Origin: Anthoceros angustus
Lineage: Eukaryota > Plantae > Anthocerotophyta
Length of the DNA stretch: 64,000 nucleotides
Reading direction: 5' to 3'
Assembly: GCA_010909165.1 (NCBI GenBank)
Contig: VJWM01000116.1
Coordinates: forward strand, 248,001-312,000
Positions 36,225 through 48,670 of this stretch are shown one piece after another. The translations under genes were made by a program, and so were the position numbers. Numbering within the stretch: the stretch's first letter is position 1; the number at the start of each line of letters is the position of its first letter. The notes under the pieces were generated by a model. It searched no databases and was not told where the DNA came from. It saw only the letters and a list, made by a program, of their open reading frames with translations.

Positions 36225-39200
36225 TCACGGTCGACCCCTACAACTGCAACAACCAGCAGTGAATCGATGCACACGGTACCCGTCCCTTACAACAATGTCT
36301 CTTTGTTCAAGCCGTGACATAATCTCCGTGGAACTGTGGCAGTCACTGCACATGCGTAGATTCTTCGTTACCACCAGAGGTGTCCCACTCGGGGTGTTCA
36401 AGAGACCAAACGCTAAAGCTAGCTTCTCAGCATGCCCACATAGCACATCTTCCTTTTCCTTCTCACACAATGGCTTTAACACCAGCTTAGTGTGAGGTAC
36501 GTGGCCGCCTTCCTGCTTCACGCGTGCATTAGTGCTCTCTACCTTAAGCGCAATATCCTCTCTCCTTTCTCCCACCAGAAATTTGTGTACCTCCTTATTC
36601 ACCTCAATGCTCGCCAGTGCAGGTTTCTTTTTAGCTCCTGCTGCCCTTCTTTGTGTTTCAATCCTGTCTACATCGGTCCACCTACCTGCATCTGCGTAGG
36701 CATTGGCCATGAGCACATAGGCAGACGCCTTTGAGGTCCAGCCTAACAATGCTTTCAAACACCACACAGCCCTCTCTATATCCCCGTGACTTTTGCAGGC
36801 ATTCAACAAAGACGTCAAGCCCACAACATTACTTTGGCCCTCACATGATAATAGCATCTTCTCTGCCTCATCTAAATGGCCAGCACGCCCAAGAAGATCA
36901 ATCATGCAGGTGTAATGCTCAATAGTAGGTTTGATGCCATGCTGTTCAGCCATGGAATCAAAGTGCTTGCGACCCTCGTGGACCAGTCCCTCATGACTGC
37001 ATGCTACTAGAAGGCAAGTAAAAGTGGCAGCATTGGGCTGAACACCGGCAACTAACATCTCCTCAAAACAAGCTAGTGCCTTGTGACCTTCATCACAAGC
37101 ACCATACCCAGATATCAGGGCATTCCATGTCACCACATCCTTTGTGGCCATGCTGTCAAAAACCTGGCGTGCATCTTCCACTTCACCACATTTTGCATAC
37201 ATGTCCACCAGGCAGTTGCCCACCACAACATTATCCAGCAGTCCTCTTTCGACAATCTGTGAGTGCAGTTGCATGCCCTTCTGTAAGGCACCAGTGCTTC
37301 CACAGGCCTTCAGAAGGCAAGCAAAAGTAACATGGTCAGCCAAAATGAGGCCCGCCTCCTCCATTTGTCCATACACAACAAGCGCCTCGTGGCCGTGTCC
37401 TTGCTGTGCATACCCAGCAATCAGCGCTGTCCATGTCACAACATTCTTGGTGACCAAGCTGTCAAAAACCTGTTGTGCATCTTCCAGTTCGCCACATTTC
37501 GCATACATGTCCACCAGGCAGGTGCCCACGACTACATCATCCAGCAGTCCTTTTTTGACAATCTGTGAGTGAAGCTGCCTGCCCTTCTGTAAGGCACCAG
37601 TGCTTGCACAGGCGTTCAGAAGGCAAGCAAAAGTGACATCGTTCGCCAAATTGAGGCCCACCTCCACCATTTGTCCATACACAAAAAGCGCCTCTTGGCC
37701 GAGTCCATGCTGTGCATACCCAGCAATCAGTGCTGTCCATGTCACCACGTTCTTCGTGGCCAAGCTGTCAAAAACCTGGCGTGCATCTTCCAGTTCGCCA
37801 CATTTTGCATACATGTCCACCAGGCAGGTGCCCACGACTACGTTATCCAGCAGTCCTCTTTTGACAATCTGTGAGTGAAGCTGCCTGCCCTTCTGTAAGG
37901 CACCAGTGCTTGCACAGGCCTTCAGAAGGCAAGCAAAAGTAACATCATTAGCCAAATGAGGCCCTCCTCCATTTGTCCATACACAAGCGCCTCTTGGCCG
38001 AGTCCTTGCTGTGCATACCCAGCAATCAGGGCTGTCCATGTCACCACATCCTTTGTGGCCAAGCTGTCAAAAACCTGGCGTGCATCTTCCAGTTCACCAC
38101 ATTTTGCATACATGTCCACCAGGCAGGTGCCCACCACGTTATCCAGCAGTCCTTTTTGACAATCTGTGAGTGCAGCTGCCTGCCCTTCTGTAAGGCACCA
38201 GTGCTTGCACAGGCCTTCAGAAGGCAAGCAAAAGTAACATGGTCAGCCAAATGAGGCCCACCTCCATTTGTCCATACACAAAAGCGCCTCTTGGCCGAGT
38301 CCTTGCTGTGCATACCCAGCAATCAGGGCTGTCCATGTCACCACATCCTTTGTGGCCATGCTGTCAAAAACCTGGCGTGCATCTTCAAGTTCACCACATT
38401 TCGCATACATGTCCACCAGGCAGGTGCCCACGACTACGTTATCCAGCAGTCCTCTTTTGACAATCTGTGAGTGAAGCTGCCTGCCCTTCTGTAAGGCACC
38501 AGTGCTTGCACAGGCGTTCAGAAGGCAAGCAAAAGTAACATCATTAGCCAAATTGAGGCCCACTTCCTCCATTTGTCCATACACAACAAGTGCCTCTTGG
38601 CCGAGTCCTTGCTGTGCATACCCAGCAATCAGGGCGGTCCATGTCACCACATCCTTCGTGGCCATGCTGTCAAAAACCTGGCGTGCATCTTCAAGTTCAC
38701 CACATTTCGCATACATGTCCACCAGGCAGGTGCCCACCACATCCAGCAGTCCTCTTTGACAATCTGAGTGCAGCTGCCTGCCCTTCTGTAAGGCACCAGT
38801 GCTTGCACAGGCCTTCAGAAGGCAAGCAAAAGTAACATGGTTAGCCAAATGAGGCCCACTTCCTCCATTTGTTCATACACAACAAGCGCCTCTTGGCCGA
38901 GTCCTTGTTGTGCATACCCTGCAATCAGGGCGGTCCATGTCACCCCATCCTTTGTGGCCATGCTGTCAAAAACCTGGCGTGCATCTTCCAGTTTGCCACA
39001 TTTCGCATACCCAGATATCAGGGCATTCCATGTCACCACATCCTTTGTGGGCATGCTGTCAAAAACCTGGCGTGCATCTTTCAGATCGCCACATTTTGCA
39101 TACATATCCACCAGGGAGTTGCCAACAAACAAGTTAGTAGGAATGCCACTTTGCTCCACATCACAGTGCACCTTTCTGCCAGATACCAAGTCGGTGGCAA

Positions 39201-40527
39201 ATGCACAAGCCTGAAGGGCAGCTACAAAGACGTGAGCATCAGCCTTCACTCCTGACCTACGCATCTCATGGTACAGTTGTATGGCCTCCTCAGGTTTCCC
39301 GTGCTTAGCATGTGCAGAGATTATGGAAAACCACATGAAGACATTTGGTTTCCCCACTCTGGTGAACACACCCATGGCCTCCTCTAGCCTACCTCCAGAT
39401 GCATACATACGCAAGACATGGTTCCCCAAGTATGCATTCGACTCGTATCCAAGTTTGACAATGAGATCATGAACTCGTCGCCCCACAACCAAATCCTTCT
39501 TGGCTGTACACAGTTTCAGCACAGTGTAGAACAGAGACTGAGGAATGGGAGAGTCTGTGTCCGGCAGAGATTCCAGGAATCCAACGGCCTCAGAAAGCTT
39601 CCCCTGCTGACATAACATGCTCACGGTTCCAGCCGTGCCGACTCCCATTTCCGATCCTTCACGCCTGCCGGGTTCAGGCCTATCGTAAGAGCTCGACTTG
39701 GAAGGAGAGGGACCCATCTGCATATCGAAGGAAACGAGCTGCTCATCAACCCAAGCTGGCTTGGACAGGTTGTTCAACCACAGAACCTCGCCGGACCCCT
39801 TACGCCGGAAGTGAGGCGAACGGGAGCTCTTCTTATCTCGTCTGTTGTCCCACCACAAGGTGGGGTCCAGAAAAAATTGTTGCCACAAGTGCTCCTGCTC
39901 CTGGCAACGACCATCGCTGGAAAGCCCGTCCCCACCCACACATTTTCCCGGAAGTGCAAATGCTGGGTTCCTTAAACTGCTGCACATGGAGCCCATTACG
40001 GATCCTTCACGCCTGCCAGGTTCAGGCATATCCGGAGAGCTCGACCTGGAAGGAGAAGCACCTTGACCCATCTGCAGATCCAAGAAAACCAGCTTCTCAT
40101 CAACCCAAGCTGGCTTAAACATGTTGTTTAACCACAGCACCTCGCCGGATCCCTTACGCCGGAAGTCAGGGGAGCGGGAGCTCTTCTTATCTCGTCTGTT
40201 GTCCCACCACAGGGTAGGGTGCAGAAAAAATTGTTGCCACAAGTGCTCCTGCTCCTGTTGCTGCTCCTGCTCCTGTTGCTGCTCCTGCTCCTGCTCCAGC
40301 TCCAGCTCCTGGCAACGACCGGCATCGCTGGAAAAACCGTCCCTACCCACACACGTTCTCGGAAGTGGAAGTGCTGGGCTCCTTACACTGCTGCACCTGG
40401 GGACTTTGTTTGCCGCGGATTGGCTCCCTAAGTTGAGGTGAGCGGGAGCTCCTGGTAGAATCCCTGTACACACACCGGTTGCAATTTGTTGGGTCCACCA
40501 CGGGTCCGGTTGCAATGCTGTGGCCAT
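36225..40527 (-). CDS. PLS-class PPR protein with E domains and DYW:KP (GRP-type) domain, plus two N-terminal OSB-type PDF motifs; frameshifted within the repeat array
   Basis: ORFs 38815..40527, 38243..38848, 37922..38227 and 36225..38039 tile one gene. It has about 6 P-L-S triplets, then KKPALASIEV, CGHAEKLALAFGL, KNLRMCSDCH and terminal CSCRGRP. The N-terminus has LWQQFF..PTLWWDNRRDKKSSRSP(D/H)FRRKGSGEVLWL twice. Confidence 0.9.
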
Positions 40528-42846
40528 CGTTCAGGGACCACTGTCGGAAGATGAGTCATATAGTTTCGTTGGCCGCTGTGCAGATTTTGCCGTCCCGCAG
40601 TTGGTGATGTTTGTGGGCGTCACAGGACGGGGCAGGGTGAAAGAGTTGATGGATTTTGGAGATTGCACGGACAGAGGGAGGGGGCAAGCAAACAGCTGCA
40701 TGGTCAGCTGACATGAGAAGCACCTTAACCCAGAACCATGAGCCCTTCGGCTATTTTCCAAACGATAATTTATTAAATATTATTTTTATCCTTCTTGGCT
40801 TTTGGCTCGATATAACCGATTTATAAATTCAATAAAATATCTTCCCAGTTCAGCAATCTAAGCTCTTTTGAACGAGCTTATCCAGTGAGTGGGCTACAAT
40901 AGACTTCTTCTCCCTGTTCTTATCACTTGCCTCATTCCGTCAAGTCCTTCCTTTGTTGTGATGATCGGATTCGGGAGAATCGAATGAGATGTCGTTCCTC
41001 ATGTTGGTTTGCTTCAAAAGTTCAGCAATCCACAGTGTCTCCAACATCATCATCCAGCAAGAAGTAACCTCCACAATTTTATGTAGTCTCGCCTGGTAGA
41101 TACCTCATGGGTCACAGGTTTGCGGAGTCTGGCTACGTAGATACCTCATAGGTTTCTGCCATGTGTGCACATGGTGAGCTGACATTCTAATAGATTATGT
41201 TATCACTTCTTCTTCATAACATTGTTCACTGTCCATCACAACATCCTAAGGAGCTAACACCCTTGGTTGTTGTTGTTTTTCATTTTTGCCATACTAGAGA
41301 GGCTCCCCATTTGATCGAGGATTCTCCCTAGTGCTCTAAGTACAGAATGTCGTGTAAAATGCATGTGTGGACGCCTAGCAAAAACTTCTCTAGACAACCC
41401 ACAATGTACTATTGGGCCCAACTTGTCTCTAGACAACCCTTGGTGTCCTATTTGAAGGGCGAAACTTGATTACACAACTCACGATGTCCCATTTGAAGGA
41501 CACCAAAATCCTCTTTGTCGAGGTGATGTGCAGGCTGCTAGCATGCTTTTTGGTGTTTACGTTAGTGAGGAACATACGTAATACTATTATGTGGTCATCA
41601 CATTATATTTATAACTACATAAAATTTATTTCTTCATCAAACAGTACAAGCTTATTATAGCCCATAATATTTTCTTATTTCTAGTAAGGGTAAATTTTAA
41701 TAATAAATAAGTTGTTAAAATATCCTCTAACCTTTTCCGAAGTTGAAGACTACTTGGAATCGGGCAATGTCCTTATTACGTTCAGTCAGGGTGATTGACT
41801 GTGCTAGAGACCTCTAAATCAGGTTTACGTTGAGTTAGAGTTCTTGACTATGCTGGAAACCTTTGAATCATGTTTACTTTGGATTAAGGTGCTCGACTAT
41901 GCTGATTACATCATGAAGTGGATGTGGGCAACCCATCGCAATGGTGATCCAACCGAAGAGTGCTTGACTATGAAGTTCAATTGAACTCTAGTCTAGAAGG
42001 GATGATAATCCATCTCAGTAGTGACCCGCATAGTGTTTGATTGGAAAGTTCCCATGAACTCCAAGTGTAGATATCACTCATGGAAGGGAGGACATGGAGA
42101 ATATCTTGCCTACCTCGTATCTATGCTACGCAATCCTTTTCAGCTAACATGCTTAATCCTAAACTGACCAACAGTATAAAATTCAAATTAAGATTGAAAT
42201 AGGCGATAATAAACATTGAGACTTTAATTGAGGCTTCGAGCTTTACAATTCCTACAAGATTCAAATAGGCGCTAAAACACATTCAGACTTTAAAGTGAGC
42301 ATGTAAGCTTTACCATTCTCACAAGAATTAGGCGCCACAGTGGGCTGGTTGGGGCTGCTCCTCTAACCCAAGTCCCACCCCCAACGTCTTCTGGAAATTC
42401 ATCGCCAAGCCTGGACGTACCACCTGCGGCAAAAATTCGCAAACCGAGGTGCTGAGACGAGGTCATGTTCTGGAAATCTTTGGACAGGACACAGTTGTCC
42501 ACGAAGCTTTCTCTGTGTGTGACTGCCACCTGCTCGCGCCGTGCGAGCGTGTCCAACTTGGTAGAACTTCTTCTTCATCAGCTGACCCTAGCAGCCCGAA
42601 GTCGACCATGACCATGCGTGGAAGAAGGTTGCAGGTGCCAATGCTGCATTCTCCGGTGCAGGTTCAGGTCCAGATGCAGGTGTCAATGACAAGGTCCAGG
42701 CGCAGGTGCCAATGCTACTTTCTCCAGGTGCAGTCCACCAACCCTGGCCTGACTGCTGCGAAGGCTGTGGGTTAGTGCGTGTAGAGAGGACGAGTTTGTG
42801 AGCGGCTTAGTCTTGTCCATGCACCTCCAACAGCGGTCCCTGGACG

Positions 42847-45800
42847 ATGGCCACAGCGAAGGCTGAAGCTTCTTTTCGTCTCTTTGCACGTCATTGGCTT
42901 TCAGGCGGGACTCAGCAAATTGGTGTGTGTTCAGGGATTCTACGGAGAGCTCCTGCTAACCTCATCTTAGGGAGTCGACCCTTGGCAAGCAAAGCCTCCA
43001 GCGGCAGCAGTGTGAGGAGCCCAGCACTTCCCCTTCTGAGAAAGGGTGTGGGTAGGGACGGGTTTTCCAGCGATGGTCGTTGCCAGGAGCAAGAGCACTT
43101 GTGGCAACAATTTTTTCTGGATCCTACCATGTGGTGGGACAACAGACGAGATAAGAAGAGCTCTCGTTCTCCTGACTTCCAGCGGAAGGGGTCCGGCGAG
43201 GTGCTGTGGTTAGCCAACATGTCTAAGCCAATTTGGGTTGATGAGCAGCTCATTTCCTTGGATATGCAGATGGGCTATGGTGCCTCTCCGTACGAGTCGA
43301 GCTCTCCAGATAATCCTGAATCTGGAAGGCGTGCAGGTTCAGAAATGGGCTCCAGGTGCAGCAGTGTGAGATGCCCAGCACTTCCACATCCGATGGGCCT
43401 TGGTGCCTCTCCTTCTGAGTCCAGCTCTCAGGACAAGCCTGAACCTGGGGGGCGTGCGGGATCGGAAGTAGGCTTCGTTACTGCTGTTACCGTGAGCACG
43501 TTATGTCAGCAGGGGAAGCTTTCTGAGGCCATCGGAGCCCTGGAATCTCTGGCGCACACAGAGTCTCCCATTTCTCAGTCTCTGTTCTACACTGTGCTGA
43601 AACTGTGTAGAGCCAAGAAGGATTTGGTTGTGGGGCGACGAGTTCATGACCTCATTGTCAAACTTGGATACGAGTCGAGTGCATACTTGGGGAACCATAT
43701 CTTGCGCATGTATGCAGGTGGAGGTAGGCTAGAGGAGGCCATGGATGTGTTCACCAGGGTGGGCAAACCAGATGCCTTCATGTGGTTTTCCATAATATCC
43801 GCATACGCTAAGCAAGGGAAACCTAATGAAGCCATACAACTGTTTCATGAGATGCGTAGGTCAGGAGTTAAGGCAGATGCTCACGTCTTTGTAGCTGCCC
43901 TTCAGGCTTGTGCATTTGCTGCTGACTTGGAATCTGGCAGAAAAGTGCACCACGATGTGGTGCAGAGTGGCATTCCTGTTAACTTGTTTGTTGGCAACTG
44001 CCTGGTGGACATGTATGCAAAATGTGGCAAAATAAAAGATGCACACCAGGTTTTTGACAGCATGGTCACAAAGGATGTGGTGACATGGACAGCGCTGATC
44101 GCCGGGTATGCACAGCAAGGACTCAGCCAAGAGGCGCTTGTTGTGTATGGACAAATGGAGGAGGCGGGCCTCATTTTGGCTGACCATGTTACTTTTTCTT
44201 GCCTTTTGAATGCGTGTGCAAGCACTGGTGCCTTACAAAAGGGCAGGCAGCTGCACTCACAGATTGTGGAACGAGGACTGTTGGATGACGTAGTGTTGGG
44301 CAACTGCCTGGTGGACATGTATGCAAAATGTAGCGAACTGAAAGATGCACGCCAGGTTTTTGACAGCATGCCCAGAAAGGATGTGGTGACATGGAATGCT
44401 CTGATTGCCGGGTATGCACAGCAAGAGCTCGGACATGAGGCGCTTCTTGCGTATGGACAAATGGAGGAGGAGGGCCTCAAATTGGCTAATAATGTTACTT
44501 TTGCTTGCCTTCTGAAGGCGTGTGCAAGCACTGGTGCCTTACGGAAGGGCAGGCAGCTGCACTCACAGATTGTGGAAAGAGGATTACTGGATAACGTAGT
44601 GTTGGGCAACTGCCTGGTGGACATGTATGCAAAATGTAGCGAACTGAAAGATGCACGCCAGGTTTTTGACAGCATGGCCAGAAAGGATGTGGTGACATGG
44701 AATGCCCTGATTGCTGGGTATGCACAGCACAGGCTCGGACATGAGGCACTTGTTGTGTATGGACAAATGGAGGAGGAGGGCCTGGTTTTGGCTGACCATG
44801 TTACTTTTCTTGCCTTCTGAAGGCCTGTGCAAGCACTGGTGCCTTACAGAAGGGCAGGCAGCTGCACTCACAGATTGTGGAAGAGGACTGCTGGATGACG
44901 TAGTGTTGGGCAACTGCCTGGTGGACATGTATGCAAAATGTGGTGAACTGGAAGATGCACGCCAGGTTTTTGACAGCATGCCCAGAAAGGATGTGGTGAC
45001 ATGGAATGCTCTGATTGCTGGGTATGCAGCAAGGACTCGGCCAAGAGGCGCTTGTTGTGTATGGACAAATGGAGCAGGAGGGCCTTGTTTTGGCTGACCA
45101 TGTTACTTTTCTTGCCTTCTGAAGGCCTGTGCAAGCACTGGTGCCTTACAGAAGGGCAGGCAGCTGCACTCACAGATTGTGGAAGAGGACTGCTGGATGA
45201 CGTAGTGTTGGGCAACTGCCTGGTGGACATGTATGCAAAATGTGGTGAACTGGAAGATGCACGCCAGGTTTTTGACAGCATGCCCAGAAAGGATGTGGTG
45301 ACATGGAATGCTCTGATTGCTGGGTATGCACAGCAAGGACTCGGACATGAGGCGCTTGTGTATGGACAAATGGAGGAGGAGGGCCTCATTTTGGCTAACC
45401 ATGTTACTTTTGCTTGCCTTCTGAAGGCCTGTGCAAGCACTGGTGCCTTACAGAAGGGCAGGCAGCTGCACTCACAGATTGGAAGAGGACTGCTGGATAA
45501 CGTAGTGTTGGGCAACTGCCTGGTGGACATGTATGCAAAATGTGGTGAACTGGAAGATGCACGCCAGGTTTTTGACAGCATGGCCACAAAGGATGTGGTG
45601 ACATGGAATGCCCTGATAGCTGGGTATGGTGCTTGTGATGAAGGTCAGAAGGCACTAGCTTGTTTTGAGGAGATGATAGTTGCCGGTTTTCAGCCTGATG
45701 ATGCTACTTTACTTGCCTTTTAGTAGCATGCAGTCATGAGGACTGGTCCACGAGGGTCGCAAGCACTTTGATTCCATGGCTGAAGAACATGGCATCAAAC

Positions 45801-46504
45801 CTACAATTGAGCATTACACTTGTATGATTGATCTTCTTGGGCGCGCGGGCCATTTAGATGAGGCAGAGAAAATGTTGCTGTCATGTGAGGGCCAGACTGA
45901 TGTTGTGGCATTGAAGACTTTGTTGAATGCCTGCAAAAGTCACGGGGATATAGAGAGGGCAAGGTGGTGTTTTGAAAGCATTATCAGGCTGGACCCTCAG
46001 GACGGGCCCGCCTATGTGCTCATGGCCAATGCCTATGCAGATGCAGGTAGGTGGACCGATGTAGACAGGATTGAAACACAGAGAAAGATAGTAGGAGCTA
46101 ACAAGAAACCTGCAGTGGCAACCATTGAGGTGAATAAGGAAGTACATAGATTTGTGGTGGGAGAAAGAGAGGATATTGCGCTTAAGGTAGAGAGAACGAA
46201 TGCACGTTTGAAGCAGGAAGGAGGCCACGTACCTCACACAAAGTTGGTGTTGAAGCCAATGTCTGAGAAGGAAAAGGAAGATGTGCTTTGTGGGCACGCT
46301 GAGAAGCTAGCTCTGGCGTTTGGTCTCTTGAACACTCCGAGTGGGACATCACTGATGGTAACTAAGAATCTACGGATGTGCAGTGACTGCCACAGTTCCA
46401 CGGAGATAATGTCAAGGCTTGAACAGAGAGACATTGTTGTGAGGGATGGGTACCGTGTGCATCGATTCGCAGCTGGTTGTTGCAGTTGTAAGGGACGACC
46501 CTGA
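42847..46504 (+). CDS. PLS-class PPR protein with E domains and DYW:KP (GRP-type) domain, plus one N-terminal OSB-type PDF motif; frameshifted within the repeat array
   Basis: ORFs 42847..44820, 44711..45097, 45001..45723 and 45776..46504 tile one gene. It has an R/S/A-rich presequence-like N-terminus, WWDNRRDKKSSRSPDFQRKGSGEVLWL, about 5 P-L-S triplets, KKPAVATIEV, HAEK, CSDCH and terminal CSCKGRP. Confidence 0.9.
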
Positions 46505-46666
46505 GAAAAACGAAGAACTCGCTCCTCGTGGAATGACATACTTCACATTTCTCCGTCAAGAGCAACAGGAAATAAAGAACATGCAGTCCTGAGAGGAAAG
46601 GTGGGAGGTCCTGCATGGAGCCTCTGGACCTCTGGACCTCTGGACCTGGGAGCCTCTGGACCATGG

Positions 46667-46927
46667 GAGTCTGGCAGCCGACCAGGACCCTCTGCAGGAC
46701 TTCTGCGTTGCCCGAGCAGCAGGCACTCCCGCCATCAACGGCCTCGTGTGCAAACCAGCCGCTCAGGTCACCGCAACCGACTTCAAGTTCTCCGGACTGA
46801 ACGCTCCCGGCAACACCGCCAGCAAATTCAAGGCGGCAGTCCCGCCTGCTTCCGACGGATGTGCTGCAGCAGACGTTTGGAATCGATGACAAGACAGTCC
46901 AGTGGCTGGAGGCCAAGCAGACATAGA
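46667..46927 (+). pseudogene. GLP pseudogene lacking the signal peptide and the central germin box
   Basis: [19 protein letters not shown]...KFKAAV is joined directly to [22 protein letters not shown]. The GLP-type 3' flank follows. Confidence 0.85.
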
Positions 46928-47729
46928 TGAAGTCATCAGTTGGAGGCCGAGCTGCGCACATGGGCCCTCGTCCATCACCATAGCTTGCACTGAGAGTCCA
47001 GGATGTCTCACCTGCACGCATAGTTTGAGACTGACACTTCGTACCTTTCTGAATTCAATTCCGGTAATGCTGGCAATCATTACACTGCCAAGTTTCGGTC
47101 GTGAAAGTGTGTTGATCGTGGGACCTTTGTTTGTGAGAATGTTGATCCGGACCCGTTAACCTCAGAATGACAGGCTGTATTTCATCGTTTGTCATTTGAT
47201 TTCAGCACATCTATCGCCGGGCTTCACGCATGTGGGAAGTGGGTTGATGCACGATAGGAGAGGGGGATCCAATCAGGTGACCGTAGAAGAAGCAGGTTTT
47301 GGCGTACACATAAGGCTAGGCCCGTAACACCAGTTGTTAGCTTCAGAAATTAGGATAACCATTGCCATGAATTGGGCCAGACAAAGAACTGCTACTTTCA
47401 AGCCTTCTTTGTAGACGTAGACGCCTTCTGCCGTTTGAGAACGATGTTTGGGAACAACCCAGGCTGTGACTGCCTTTCCAGCGAAGGACAACGACTTTGC
47501 TAAGCTGAAGGAGCTGTGCCACAAACACTCCGTGATGGAAGCAACGCAGCCTGTGTTCGACAGCAACGTCCATCACATATCAATGAAAGTCACACACTTC
47601 GACTGATGCCGGAAAAATGCGATCGGCTTACTAAATGAACAGTTTTCTGATGCTGCATTGTAACATCTGCACTCCAGGCACCACTTGGGAGGAGCAAGGC
47701 ACCACATGTTGCATGAAGCGGAGTACAAC

Positions 47730-47841
47730 AAGGCCCAACTTCATCGATCCACCCGAAGTCATCAGCGGGTTCAGAACTTCAGGGCAAGGCCCAACTTCAT
47801 CGAAACACCCAAAGTCTTGAGCAGGTTCAGAACTTCAGAGA
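47730..47841. repeat. 56-bp direct repeat x2
   Basis: aaggcccaacttcatcga..cacc..aagtc....gc.ggttcagaacttcag occurs twice. Confidence 0.8.
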
Positions 47842-48327
47842 CCAGTCCCCACTACTGTAACCTCCGCCTTCTGTACATGCATGACCGAAACACTGGAATG
47901 GCTTTGGTACCACCAAATGGCAACCTCTACAGTCTATGGATGGGAGGAGCGGCACCAAATCGATTTTTGTCCTTCATCTGACCAACATCGGAGCATGTCT
48001 ACGGCAATCCCCTACCAGTTACTATTTAACACCTGACAAACTTCTATACCCCTATGGCTATATAAATATTATGGAATGGAGCATACACTACCTATTAAAT
48101 AATCATTCAAAGTGCTACTATAGTTCTTGTATTAATTTTTTCATAATTAATACATCAATCTTTGTGGCACAGATTTTATTACATCAATCATGTATGCCCT
48201 TGCACAAGTATTGTATATTGATATATCTATGTTACTCATGGCATTCCTATGTGAGACGCACGCAAGATGCACATGCTGCTGGTTGGAGAGCTTATGTACA
48301 CGAACTACAAATGACACGGATCTAATC

Positions 48328-48452
48328 ATTTCTTGGGCAAGAAAGAGAAGGACATTATTTCTTGGGCAAGAAAGAGAAGGACATTATTTCTTGGGCAAGA
48401 AAGCGAAGGACATTATTTCTTGGGCAAGAAAGAAAAGGTCATTATTTCTTGG
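48328..48452. repeat. 29-bp tandem repeat x~4.3
   Basis: atttcttgggcaagaaagagaaggacatt repeated head-to-tail with no spacers. Confidence 0.9.
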
Positions 48453-48560
48453 AACTCAAGTCTTCATTGAGAGAGAGTTAGATCAGCTCTCCAATGACGT
48501 ATTGATAGGACCAAATTAAATAAGATCATGCCAATCACATTATACATGAAGGAGACATAT

Positions 48561-48670
48561 GCTGCCCAAACTTGTCTTATATGTAGAGGTCCATTTGAAG
48601 AGAGACAAGAAATAAGAAAACTACCGATGTGCCTTCATTTGTTTCATCGTAGGTGTATTAATAACTGTGG
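48561..48670 (+). pseudogene. RING-H2 zinc finger fragment
   Basis: TCLICRGPFEERQEIRKLPMCLHLFHRRCI matches CxxC...RxLPxCxHxFHxxCI, but the W and final CPxC are missing. Confidence 0.55.

Noticed and set aside
37900-38850. Frameshifts in the PPR arrays as pseudogenisation or programmed frameshifting
   Set aside because: They are small deletions concentrated in homopolymers in the middle of near-identical repeats, with no nonsense substitutions. Consensus error is the simpler explanation, pending reads.
48328-48452. 29-bp repeats as a CRISPR array
   Set aside because: The repeats are contiguous with no unique spacers, there are no cas genes, and the context is eukaryotic.
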